A DNA stretch of 64,000 bases from Thermoleophilaceae bacterium (GTDB taxonomy: Bacteria; Actinomycetota; Thermoleophilia; Solirubrobacterales; Thermoleophilaceae): contig DATDLN010000046.1 of the NCBI GenBank assembly GCA_036519295.1, positions 606 to 64,605 of the forward strand, written 5' to 3'. Positions 26,775 to 34,613 of this stretch are shown here, piece after piece (positions within the stretch are counted from its first letter, which is position 1; each line of letters opens with the position of its first letter). Both the position numbers and the translations under genes were made by a program. The notes beneath the pieces were generated by a model, which worked only from the letters and a program-made list of their open reading frames with translations, had not been told where the DNA came from and did not search any database.

Positions 26775-27432
26775 CCTTGCGGCACCGTCGGCCCTCTGGG
26801 AGAACATCGCGGACCTCATTCGAGCCGCGATCCTCTCCGGCGAGCTCGAGCCCGGCTCGAAGCTGATCGAGACCGAGCTGGCCGAGCGTTTCGGCACGAG
26901 CCGCGGGCCGATTCGCGAGGCGATCCGCGAGCTCGCCCGCGAGGGCCTCGTGACCGAGCTGCCGCGGCGCGGCAGCCTCGTCTCGACGCTCACCGCTCAC
27001 GATCTCTCCGAGGTCTACGCCGTCCGCCAAGCGCTGGAGGTGGCCGCGAGCAGGGTCGTGATCGCACGCGCCCGGGACGACGAGCTGCACGCGCTCGAGA
27101 CGCACCTGGAGGCGCTCGAGTCGCCCCCGCCCGGCGCCGGCTATCTCGATCAGGCCGTGCACGACCTCGCGTTTCACCGCTCCCTGGTCGCGCTGGCCCG
27201 CAACGAGCGCATGGCGACGATGTACGAGCAGATGCTCACGCAGACGATGCTGCTGTTGCGGACCGCGTCTCTCGAGAATCCCGCGCTGCGCACTGACCTG
27301 CGGCGCGCCGCGCACCGCGACATCCTGCAGGCGCTGATCGATCGGGACGAGGCCGCGGCCCGGGCGGCCCTCGAGGCGCACTACCGCTACGCCGAGGAGC
27401 GGCTCTTCCCGGGCGTGACCGTCCGAGGTTAG
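26761..27432 (+). CDS. GntR-family regulator (FCD domain)
   Basis: 223 aa. LIETELAERFGTSRGPIREAIRELAREGLVTELPRRGSLV. TTG start is uncertain. Confidence 0.8.
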   Translation: MQRPDLAAPSALWENIADLIRAAILSGELEPGSKLIETELAERFGTSRGPIREAIRELAREGLVTELPRRGSLVSTLTAHDLSEVYAVRQALEVAASRVVIARARDDELHALETHLEALESPPPGAGYLDQAVHDLAFHRSLVALARNERMATMYEQMLTQTMLLLRTASLENPALRTDLRRAAHRDILQALIDRDEAAARAALEAHYRYAEERLFPGVTVRG

Positions 27433-27435
27433 GCC

Positions 27436-28710
27436 TCAAGCGCCGTTCCGAGGCGAGCAGCCCGCCATCCGCTCGAGCAGCACCGCGCGCTCGCGCGAGT
27501 TCTGGGTGAGCGAGGCGGCGCGCTGGAACTCCACCGCGGCTTCCTCGCCCCGACCCACCTTGGCCAGCAGGTCTCCACGGACCGTGGGGAGCAGGTGGAA
27601 GTCGCGCAGCGCGGGTTCCGAGGCGAGGCCGTCCACCAGCTCGAGCGCTGCCTCCGGGCCGAACGCCATGCCGATCGCCACCGCGCGGTTCAGCTCCACC
27701 ACCGGCGACGGCGTCACCTGGGCCAGTGCGTCGTAGAGCGCCACGATGCTGTCCCAGTCGGTGTCATCGGCGACCCGGGCGCGCGCGTGGCAGGCGGAGA
27801 TCGCCGCCTGGAGCGTGTACGGTCCGACGGCGCCGCCGGTGCCGTACGCGCGCTCGAGGGCCGCGAGGCCACGGCCGACGAGCATCCAGTCCCAGCGCGA
27901 GCGGTCCTGGTCGAGCAGCAGTATTGGCTCGCCGGACGGCCCGGTTCGCGCGCGAGAGCGCGAGGCGTGTAGCTCCATCAATGCCACGAGGCCGTGCACC
28001 TCCGGCTCCGAAGGCAGCAGCTCGGCCAGGATGCGGCCGAGCCGCAGCGCCTCGTCGATCAGCTCGGGTCGGATCCAGTCGTCGCCGGCGGTGGCCGCGT
28101 AGCCCTCGTTGAATATGAGGTAGATCACCTCGAGCACGGAGGCCAGGCGGTCCGCGAGCTCCTCGTGCGCCGGAACGTCGAACGGCACCCGCGCCGCCGA
28201 GAGCGTGCGCTTCGCGCGCACGATCCGCTGCGCAACCGTCGACTCCGAGACCAGGTATGCGCTTGCGATCTCCTTGGTCGTCAGCCCGCCGAGCAGCCGC
28301 AGCGTGAGCGCGACGCGAGCGTCGGTCGAGAGCACCGGGTGGCAGGTGGTGTAGACGAGGCGCAGGAGATCGTCGTCGAACGGGTCGTCGATCTCGGCCT
28401 CGAGATCGGGATGGTCGATCTCGCCTCGGATCTCGACCTCGCGGCCGAGCTCGCGAGTCTTTCTCTCGTGCACCTCCGCGCGGCGCAGGCGATCGATCGC
28501 CCGGTGTCGGCCGGTGGCCATGAGCCAGGCGCCCGGGTTGTCCGGGACGCCCGACTCGGGCCACTGCTCGAGGGCGGCGACGAGCGCCTCCTGCGCGAGG
28601 TCCTCGGCAAGGCCGACGTCCCGCACGAGCCTCGCGAGGCCCGCGATCAGCCGGGCGGACTCGATCCGCCAGACGGCATCGATCGTGCGGTTGACCTCGG
28701 CCGTGGGCAC
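27436..28710 (-). CDS. ECF sigma factor with long C-terminal TPR-like extension (ECF42-type)
   Basis: 424 aa. Region 2 DLAQEALVAALEQWP...PGAWLMATGRHRAIDRLRR and region 4 TKEIASAYLVSESTVAQRIVRAKRTL, then a ~230-aa helical extension. The GTG start overlaps the upstream stop by 1 nt. Confidence 0.8.
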   Translation of the reverse strand: MPTAEVNRTIDAVWRIESARLIAGLARLVRDVGLAEDLAQEALVAALEQWPESGVPDNPGAWLMATGRHRAIDRLRRAEVHERKTRELGREVEIRGEIDHPDLEAEIDDPFDDDLLRLVYTTCHPVLSTDARVALTLRLLGGLTTKEIASAYLVSESTVAQRIVRAKRTLSAARVPFDVPAHEELADRLASVLEVIYLIFNEGYAATAGDDWIRPELIDEALRLGRILAELLPSEPEVHGLVALMELHASRSRARTGPSGEPILLLDQDRSRWDWMLVGRGLAALERAYGTGGAVGPYTLQAAISACHARARVADDTDWDSIVALYDALAQVTPSPVVELNRAVAIGMAFGPEAALELVDGLASEPALRDFHLLPTVRGDLLAKVGRGEEAAVEFQRAASLTQNSRERAVLLERMAGCSPRNGA

Positions 28711-29138
28711 TACTGGTTCGCCTCGACCTCCCTGCGCAGGCGAGCCTCCTTTTCACGCAGCTCGGGCGTGAGCTCGTCGCCGAAGTCTTCGGTTTCGAAG
28801 ACCGGGCGGATCTCGATGACGGCTTCGGTGCCGGGTTCGGGGTTCGGGACGCGCTTCACCCACTCGATCGCCTCGTCCATCGACTTCACCTGCAACACCC
28901 AGTAGCCGCCGAGCAGCTCCTTGGTCTCGGCGAACGGCCCGTTTATAACCTTGCGGTCGCTGCCGGAGAAGACGACGCGGACGCCCTTGGAGCTCGGGTG
29001 GAGGCCGTCGCCGGCGAGCATCACACCGGCCTTGACCAGCTCCTCGTTGAAGGCGAGCATCTCGCTCAGGAGCCTCTCGCTCGGCATCTCGCCGGCCTCG
29101 CTCTCAGGCGTCGCCTTGATCAGGACCATGACTCGCAT
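28710..29138 (-). CDS. YCII-related (DGPF) domain protein
   Basis: From M103 of ORF 28710..29444: MRVMVLIKATPESEAGEMPSERLLSEMLAFNEELVKAGVMLAGDGLHPS...GGYWVLQVKSMDEAIEW. Strong SD AAGGAGGA upstream. Confidence 0.8.
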   Translation of the reverse strand: MRVMVLIKATPESEAGEMPSERLLSEMLAFNEELVKAGVMLAGDGLHPSSKGVRVVFSGSDRKVINGPFAETKELLGGYWVLQVKSMDEAIEWVKRVPNPEPGTEAVIEIRPVFETEDFGDELTPELREKEARLRREVEANQ

Positions 29139-29215
29139 TTCGTGGTTCCTCCTTGTGTCGCTTTGTGCCTCTACCCAGTGCGTCGAGCAAGCGAGGCGAA
29201 AATCGACAACGGGTT

Positions 29216-30385
29216 CTAGACCTTCTCCAGCCCGACGTAATTCTCGGCCAGGCTGCGCGAGGCCGCCTCCGAGCTGCACACATACTCCAGGCGGGCGCGC
29301 TGGAGGCGGTCCTCGAAGCCGTCGACGTCGAGGCGGTGGAGCAGGGTGGTCATGAAGTTCGAGAAGTCCTGGACCCGCCAGACCCGCCGGAGGCAGGTGT
29401 CCGAGTAGGTCTCGAGCAACTCGGTCGCCCCGCTCCGATACCACTCCACGAGTCCCTCGGCCAGCACCTTCACGTCGTGCACCGCGACGTTGAGGCCCTT
29501 CGCGCCGGTCGGCGGCACGATGTGCGTCGCGTCCCCCGCGAGGTATAGGCGGCCGTGCTGCATCGGCTCGGCGACGAAGCTGCGCATGGGCGTGATGCCC
29601 TTCTCGATGATCGGTCCTTCGTGGAGCGTCCAGCCCTCTCGCTCGAAGCGCAGGTGGAGCTCCTGCCAGATGCGCTCGTCGGGCCAGTCGTCGATCGGCG
29701 CTTCGGGGTCAACCTGCAGATAGAGGCGGCTGAGCTTCGGCGAGCGAAGGCTGTGTAGCGCGAAGCCGCGCTCGTGGTGGGCGTAGATCAGCTCGTCGGT
29801 GGAGGGTGCGACCGTGGCCAGGATCCCGAGCCAGCCGAAGGGATACTCGCGCTCGTGGACTTGGAGGACGCCGGCCGGGACCGAGTCCCGGCACACGCCG
29901 TGGAACCCGTCGCAGCCGGCGATCACGTCGCACTCGAGTTCCCCCTGGCGGCCGTCGTGCACGAACGTGATCCGCGGTCGATCGGTCTCGAAGTCGTGGA
30001 TCGCCACATCGGCGGTCTCGAAGAGCAGCGGGCCGTCGTAGGCGAGCCGGGCGGCGATCAGGTCCTTGACCACCTCCTGCTGACCGTAGATCGTGATCGC
30101 GCGGCCGCCCGTCAGGTCGCTCATGGGGATGCGGTGCCCCTCGCCGCCGAAGCGGAGCTCGATGCCGCCGTGGACGATCCCTTCCCGTCGCAGGCGGTCC
30201 CCGACACCCGTGGCCACGAGCAGGTCGACGGTTCCCTGCTCGAGCACCCCGGCCCGCACACGCTGCTCCACGTAGCCGCGACTCCGCTGCTCCAGGATCA
30301 CGGACTCGATCCCTTCGAGGTGGAGCAGGTGGGCGAGGGTGAGGCCGGCCGGACCGGCGCCCACGATGCCGACCTGAGTCCGCAT
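29216..30385 (-). CDS. pobA: 4-hydroxybenzoate 3-monooxygenase
   Basis: 389 aa from MRTQVGIVGAGPAGLTLAHLLHLEGIESVILE... Also LAGDATHIVPPTGAKGLNVAVHDV. Confidence 0.9.
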   Translation of the reverse strand: MRTQVGIVGAGPAGLTLAHLLHLEGIESVILEQRSRGYVEQRVRAGVLEQGTVDLLVATGVGDRLRREGIVHGGIELRFGGEGHRIPMSDLTGGRAITIYGQQEVVKDLIAARLAYDGPLLFETADVAIHDFETDRPRITFVHDGRQGELECDVIAGCDGFHGVCRDSVPAGVLQVHEREYPFGWLGILATVAPSTDELIYAHHERGFALHSLRSPKLSRLYLQVDPEAPIDDWPDERIWQELHLRFEREGWTLHEGPIIEKGITPMRSFVAEPMQHGRLYLAGDATHIVPPTGAKGLNVAVHDVKVLAEGLVEWYRSGATELLETYSDTCLRRVWRVQDFSNFMTTLLHRLDVDGFEDRLQRARLEYVCSSEAASRSLAENYVGLEKV

Positions 30386-30407
30386 GCCGGGAGAATAACC
30401 GTGTAGG

Positions 30408-31250
30408 GTGCGCATCGTGAGCCTAAGTTCGGATCGCGCACAGCGGGTAACGCTTTCCGACGGAATCGCCGAGCTGGTGCGCGACGGCCACAGCGTGGCC
30501 CTGGAGGGCTTCACCCACCTGATCCCGTTCGCGGCCGGCCACGAGGTCGTGCGCCAGGGGCGGCGGGAGCTCGAGCTGATCCGCATGACGCCGGACCTTC
30601 TCTACGACCAGCTGATCGGGATGGGTTGCGCGCGGCGGCTCGTCTTCTCCTACGGCGGCAACCCCGGCGTCGGCTCGCTCCATCGCTTCCGCGACGCTGT
30701 CGAGAACGGCTGGCCGCACCCCCTCGAGCTCGAGGAGCACAGCCACGCCGGCATGGCGAACCGCTACGCGGCCGGAGCGTCGGATCTGCCGTTCGCGGTG
30801 ATACGCGGCTATCGCGGAAACGACCTCGTCGGGCGCACCCGGGTCGCGACCGTGACCTGCCCGTTCACCGGCGAGGAGCTCGCCGCCGTCCCCGCCCTCC
30901 GTCCGGACGTGGCGATTGTGCACGCCCAGGAGGCGGACCGGCGGGGGAACGTCCAGCTGTGGGGGATCCCGGGCGTACAGAAGGAGGCCGTGCTCGCGGC
31001 GCGGCGCTCGCTCGTCACGGTGGAACGGATCGTCGACGAGCTGGAGCTTCGGCCGGGGGGCGTGGTCATCCCCGGCTGGGTGATCGACGCGGTGGCCGAG
31101 GCGCCCGGCGGCTCGCAGCCGTCGTACAGCCACGGATTGACTGAGCGCGACAACGAGTTCTACCGCCGCTGGGACGAGATCAGCCGCGACCGCGGCGGCT
31201 TTCTGGCGTGGATGGAGGAGCACGTTTTCGGGCGGGTGGCCCCGAAGTGA
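30408..31250 (+). CDS. pcaI: 3-oxoadipate CoA-transferase subunit A (glutaconate CoA-transferase-type)
   Basis: 280 aa. IAELVRDGHSVALEGFTHLIPFAAGHEVVRQG...YGGNPGVGSL. Assigned by context with pcaJBC. An alternative in-frame GTG lies at 30417. Confidence 0.8.
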   Translation: MRIVSLSSDRAQRVTLSDGIAELVRDGHSVALEGFTHLIPFAAGHEVVRQGRRELELIRMTPDLLYDQLIGMGCARRLVFSYGGNPGVGSLHRFRDAVENGWPHPLELEEHSHAGMANRYAAGASDLPFAVIRGYRGNDLVGRTRVATVTCPFTGEELAAVPALRPDVAIVHAQEADRRGNVQLWGIPGVQKEAVLAARRSLVTVERIVDELELRPGGVVIPGWVIDAVAEAPGGSQPSYSHGLTERDNEFYRRWDEISRDRGGFLAWMEEHVFGRVAPK

Positions 31251-31266
31251 ACGCCGCAGTGCAAGC

Positions 31267-32031
31267 TTGGCTTGGGTTGCGGCAATGAACGCCGCTGACG
31301 CCGGCGAGGTGATGACGATCGTGGCGGCGCGCCACCTTCGCCGCGCGAAGGTGTGCTTCATCGGCGTCGGCCGCCCGAGCACCGCCGCAATCTTGGCGCG
31401 CGAGGTCCACAACCCCGAGCTGGTGCTCGTCTACGAGTCGGGAACGATCGGCGCCAAGCCGCGTCGGATCCCACTCTCGATCGGCGACGGCGAGCTCGCC
31501 CAGACGGCGGACGCCGTCGTGTCGGTGCCCGAGATGTTCAACTATTGGGTCCAGCCCGGGCGGCTTGACGTCGCCTTCCTGGGGGCGGCGCAGATCGACC
31601 GCTTCGGCAACCTCAACTCCACCGTGATCGGCGACTACGCGCACCCCAAGGTTCGCCTGCCGGGCGGGGGCGGCGCGCCCGAGATCGCGGCGGCGTGCGG
31701 CGAGGTCGTCGTGATCGCGCCGCACTCGCCTCGCACGTTTGTCGAGCGCCTCGACTTCGTCACCTCGGTCGGTTATGGCGACGGACCCGGCGCCCGCGAG
31801 CGCCTCGGCTTCCGCGGCGGGGGGCCCACCACGACGATCACCGACCTTGGCGTGCTTCAGCCCGATCCCGAGACGAAGGAGCTGACGCTGACGCAGCTGC
31901 ACGATGGGGTGGACGCCGACCGGGTGCGCGAGGCCACCGGCTGGCCCCTCGCCGCCGCCGCCGAGCCGCGACGGACCGAGCCGCCCACGGACGAGGAGCT
32001 GGGCGCGCTGCGGGAGCTGACGAGTAGGTGA
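31267..32031 (+). CDS. pcaJ: 3-oxoadipate CoA-transferase subunit B
   Basis: 254 aa. VCFIGVGRPSTAAILAREVHNPELVLVYESGTIGA...GAAQIDRFGNLNSTVIG. Alternative ATG at 31285. Confidence 0.8.
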   Translation: MAWVAAMNAADAGEVMTIVAARHLRRAKVCFIGVGRPSTAAILAREVHNPELVLVYESGTIGAKPRRIPLSIGDGELAQTADAVVSVPEMFNYWVQPGRLDVAFLGAAQIDRFGNLNSTVIGDYAHPKVRLPGGGGAPEIAAACGEVVVIAPHSPRTFVERLDFVTSVGYGDGPGARERLGFRGGGPTTTITDLGVLQPDPETKELTLTQLHDGVDADRVREATGWPLAAAAEPRRTEPPTDEELGALRELTSR

Positions 32032-33386
32032 GCCCCCCACGGGAGAGCCTTTTCGCGGGCGTCTTCGCGCGGGGCAAAACGGCCGCCGAGGTCGACGACC
32101 GCGCCTGGCTCCAGGCGATGCTCGACTTCGAGGCGGCCCTCGCGCGCGCGGGCGCGCGCGAGGGACTGTTACCGGCCGAGGCGGCCGAGACGATCGCGGC
32201 CGCCTGCCGCGCCGAGCTGTTCGACGTGGGGCATCTCGGCCGCGACGCGGCCGCATCGGGCAACCCGGTGGTCCCGCTCCTTCGAGCCCTGCGGACCGAG
32301 CTGTCCGAGGACGCCGCCGCGCACCTCCATCGCGGAGCCACGAGCCAGGACGTGCTCGACACGGCGGCGATGCTGGTCGCGCGCCGAGCACTCGTGCCCC
32401 TGCTGGACGACGCCGGCGCGGCGGCCGCGGCCTGCGCCCGGCTGGCCGAGTCGCACCGGGACTCGGTTGTGATCGGCCGCACGCTGCTCCAGCAGGCCCT
32501 GCCGCTGACCTTCGCGCTCAAGGCATCGCAGTGGCTCGTCGGCATCGACGAGGCGCGCGAGCAGCTCGCGGCGGTCGCCAACGGCGTTCTCGCCGTGCAG
32601 CTCGGCGGCGCGGTCGGCACCCTGGCGGCGCTCGACGGCGAGGGCCTCGCCGTGGCGGCGGAGCTCGCACGCGAGCTCGAGCTCGGCGAGCCGACGCTCC
32701 CCTGGCACGCCGTGCGCGTCAGGCCGGCCATGCTCGCCGGCGCGCTGAGCGTGCTGGCGGGCGCGCTCGGGAAGGTCGCGCGCGACGTGACACTGCTCGC
32801 TCAGGGGGAGGTGGGCGAGGCGCGCCCGCGCAAGGGCGGCGGCTCTTCCACGATGCCGCACAAGCGCAACCCGGTGGCCGCGGTGTCGACGCTCGCCTGC
32901 GCGCAGCGCGTGCCGGGGCTGGTGGCGACCATCCATGCGGCGATGGTCCAGGAGCACGAGCGCGCGGCGGGCGCCTGGCAGGCCGAGTGGGAGACGTTCT
33001 CGGAGCTGCTGCGGCTCGTGGGCGCCGAGGCCGCGTGGGCGCGCGAGATGCTCGAGACGCTCGAGGTCGACCCCGGGCGCATGCGCTCGAACCTCGACGC
33101 CGCCGGCGACCTTGTAATGGCCGAGGGCGTCGCGACCGCGCTGGCGGCGCACCTCGGTCGAGGCCGCGCCCACGAGCTGGTGGAGGCCGCCGCCAGGCGC
33201 GCCGGCGAGGAGGGGAGGCCGCTGCGCGACGTTCTGGCGGAGCTGCCCGACGCGGCCGAGCACCTCGGCCCCGAGGGCCTCGATGGGGCGCTCGACCCCG
33301 AGGCCTATCTTGGCGCCGCCTCCGAGTTGGTGGAGCGGGCGCTCGCGGCGCATCGCAAGACCCTCGACCACCAGGAGCCAACATGA
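32028..33386 (+). CDS. pcaB: 3-carboxy-cis,cis-muconate cycloisomerase
   Basis: 452 aa. GATSQDVLDTA and the fumarate-lyase signature GGSSTMPHKRNPV. GTGA overlap with pcaJ. Confidence 0.9.
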   Translation: MSPPRESLFAGVFARGKTAAEVDDRAWLQAMLDFEAALARAGAREGLLPAEAAETIAAACRAELFDVGHLGRDAAASGNPVVPLLRALRTELSEDAAAHLHRGATSQDVLDTAAMLVARRALVPLLDDAGAAAAACARLAESHRDSVVIGRTLLQQALPLTFALKASQWLVGIDEAREQLAAVANGVLAVQLGGAVGTLAALDGEGLAVAAELARELELGEPTLPWHAVRVRPAMLAGALSVLAGALGKVARDVTLLAQGEVGEARPRKGGGSSTMPHKRNPVAAVSTLACAQRVPGLVATIHAAMVQEHERAAGAWQAEWETFSELLRLVGAEAAWAREMLETLEVDPGRMRSNLDAAGDLVMAEGVATALAAHLGRGRAHELVEAAARRAGEEGRPLRDVLAELPDAAEHLGPEGLDGALDPEAYLGAASELVERALAAHRKTLDHQEPT

Positions 33387-33757
33387 ACGACCCCCTCCAC
33401 GAGCAGGGCATGGCGGTGCGCCGGGAGGTGCTGGGCGACGAGCACGTCGAGTGGGCCCGCGCGGCCACGACGCCCTTCACCGCCGACTTCCAGGACTTCA
33501 TCACCCGCTTTGCGTGGGGCAGCGTCTGGGCCCGCGAGGGCCTCGACCGACGCACCCGCAGCTGTCTCACCCTGGCCCTGCTGGCGGCGCTCGGCCGCGA
33601 GGGCGAGCTCGAGATGCATGTGCGCGCGGCGCTGCGCATCGGCGTGACCCCGGAGCAGATAGGCGAGGTGCTCCTGCACACGGCCGTCTACGCGGGCGTA
33701 CCGGCCGCCAACTCCGCCTTTGCGATCGCCCAGCGCGTATTGGAGGAGACGTCCTGA
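33383..33757 (+). CDS. pcaC: 4-carboxymuconolactone decarboxylase (stand-alone, not fused to an enol-lactonase)
   Basis: 124 aa. MNDPLHEQGMAVRREVLGDEHV...RTRSCLTLALLAALGREGELEMHVRAALRIGVTPEQIGEVLLHTAVYAGVPAA. ATGA overlap with pcaB. Confidence 0.85.
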   Translation: MNDPLHEQGMAVRREVLGDEHVEWARAATTPFTADFQDFITRFAWGSVWAREGLDRRTRSCLTLALLAALGREGELEMHVRAALRIGVTPEQIGEVLLHTAVYAGVPAANSAFAIAQRVLEETS

Positions 33758-34545
33758 CCGTTCCGGCCGAGCGCGATCGCGAGTACGTTCAGTCGCTCGG
33801 ACGCGGCCTGTCGGTGATCCGCGCGCTGAGGGCGCCCGGATCGGGTCTGACGCTCACCGAGGTCGCGCGGGCGTCCGGGCTCACCCGCGCCTCGGCGCGG
33901 CGCTTCCTGTTGACACTCGAGAGGCTCGGCTACGTCCGAGCTGACGGCCGGCTCTTCGTCCTGACCCCGCGCGTGCTCGAGCTCGGCTACTCGTACCTTT
34001 CGAGCCTTTCGCTGCCCGAGATCGCCGAGCCGCACCTCGAGCGCCTCGCCCGGCAGGTCCACGAGTCGTCGTCCGTCTCGGTTCTCGACGGCGACGAGAT
34101 CGTCTACGTCGCGCGGGTACCCACGAAGCGGATCATGACCGTGTCGATCAGCGTCGGAACGCGCTTTCCGGCGTACGCCACCTCTATGGGGCGTGTCCTT
34201 CTTGCCGAACTCGACCCCGCTGAGCTCGACTCCTTCCTCTCGCGGGCCGAACTACGGCCGCTCACCGACGGGACGCTGACCACCACCCCCGCGCTGCGCC
34301 ATGAGCTCGACCGCGCCCGGCGCCAGGGATGGGCCCTGGTCGACGAGGAGCTCGAGGTGGGGTTGCGCTCGGTGGCGGCGCCGATCCGCGACGCGGGCCG
34401 CCGGGCCGTCGCGGCCCTGAACGTCTCGACTCACCCGAGCCGCACGACGCTGGAGGAGGTCCGCCGCGGCCTGCTCCCTCCGCTGCTCGAGACGGCCGCG
34501 CTGATCGAGCGCGACCTTGCTGCGGGTTCTCCGGGCGAAAGCTAG
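33754..34545 (+). CDS. pcaR: IclR-family regulator of the pca genes
   Basis: YVQSLGRGLSVIRAL...LTLTEVARASGLTRASARRFLLTLERLGYV, then the IclR effector domain. There is no canonical start before the HTH. CTG 33754 overlaps the pcaC TGA and follows the SD GGAGGAG by 5 nt. ATT 33739 is an alternative. Confidence 0.8.
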   Translation: MTVPAERDREYVQSLGRGLSVIRALRAPGSGLTLTEVARASGLTRASARRFLLTLERLGYVRADGRLFVLTPRVLELGYSYLSSLSLPEIAEPHLERLARQVHESSSVSVLDGDEIVYVARVPTKRIMTVSISVGTRFPAYATSMGRVLLAELDPAELDSFLSRAELRPLTDGTLTTTPALRHELDRARRQGWALVDEELEVGLRSVAAPIRDAGRRAVAALNVSTHPSRTTLEEVRRGLLPPLLETAALIERDLAAGSPGES

Positions 34546-34613
34546 GCGTTTTCGGGCCTTTGTGACGGTTCGCACACACCGGCGCGCAGGCCCCGCCCAC
34601 ACTCGCCCGTGTC

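Noticed and set aside
31180-33681. Several long minus-strand ORFs (403, 297, 400 and 320 aa) across pcaJ/pcaB/pcaC
   Set aside because: They are antisense shadows of plus-strand genes that carry diagnostic signatures (for example GSSTMPHKRNP). Their translations are poly-Arg/Ala/Pro.
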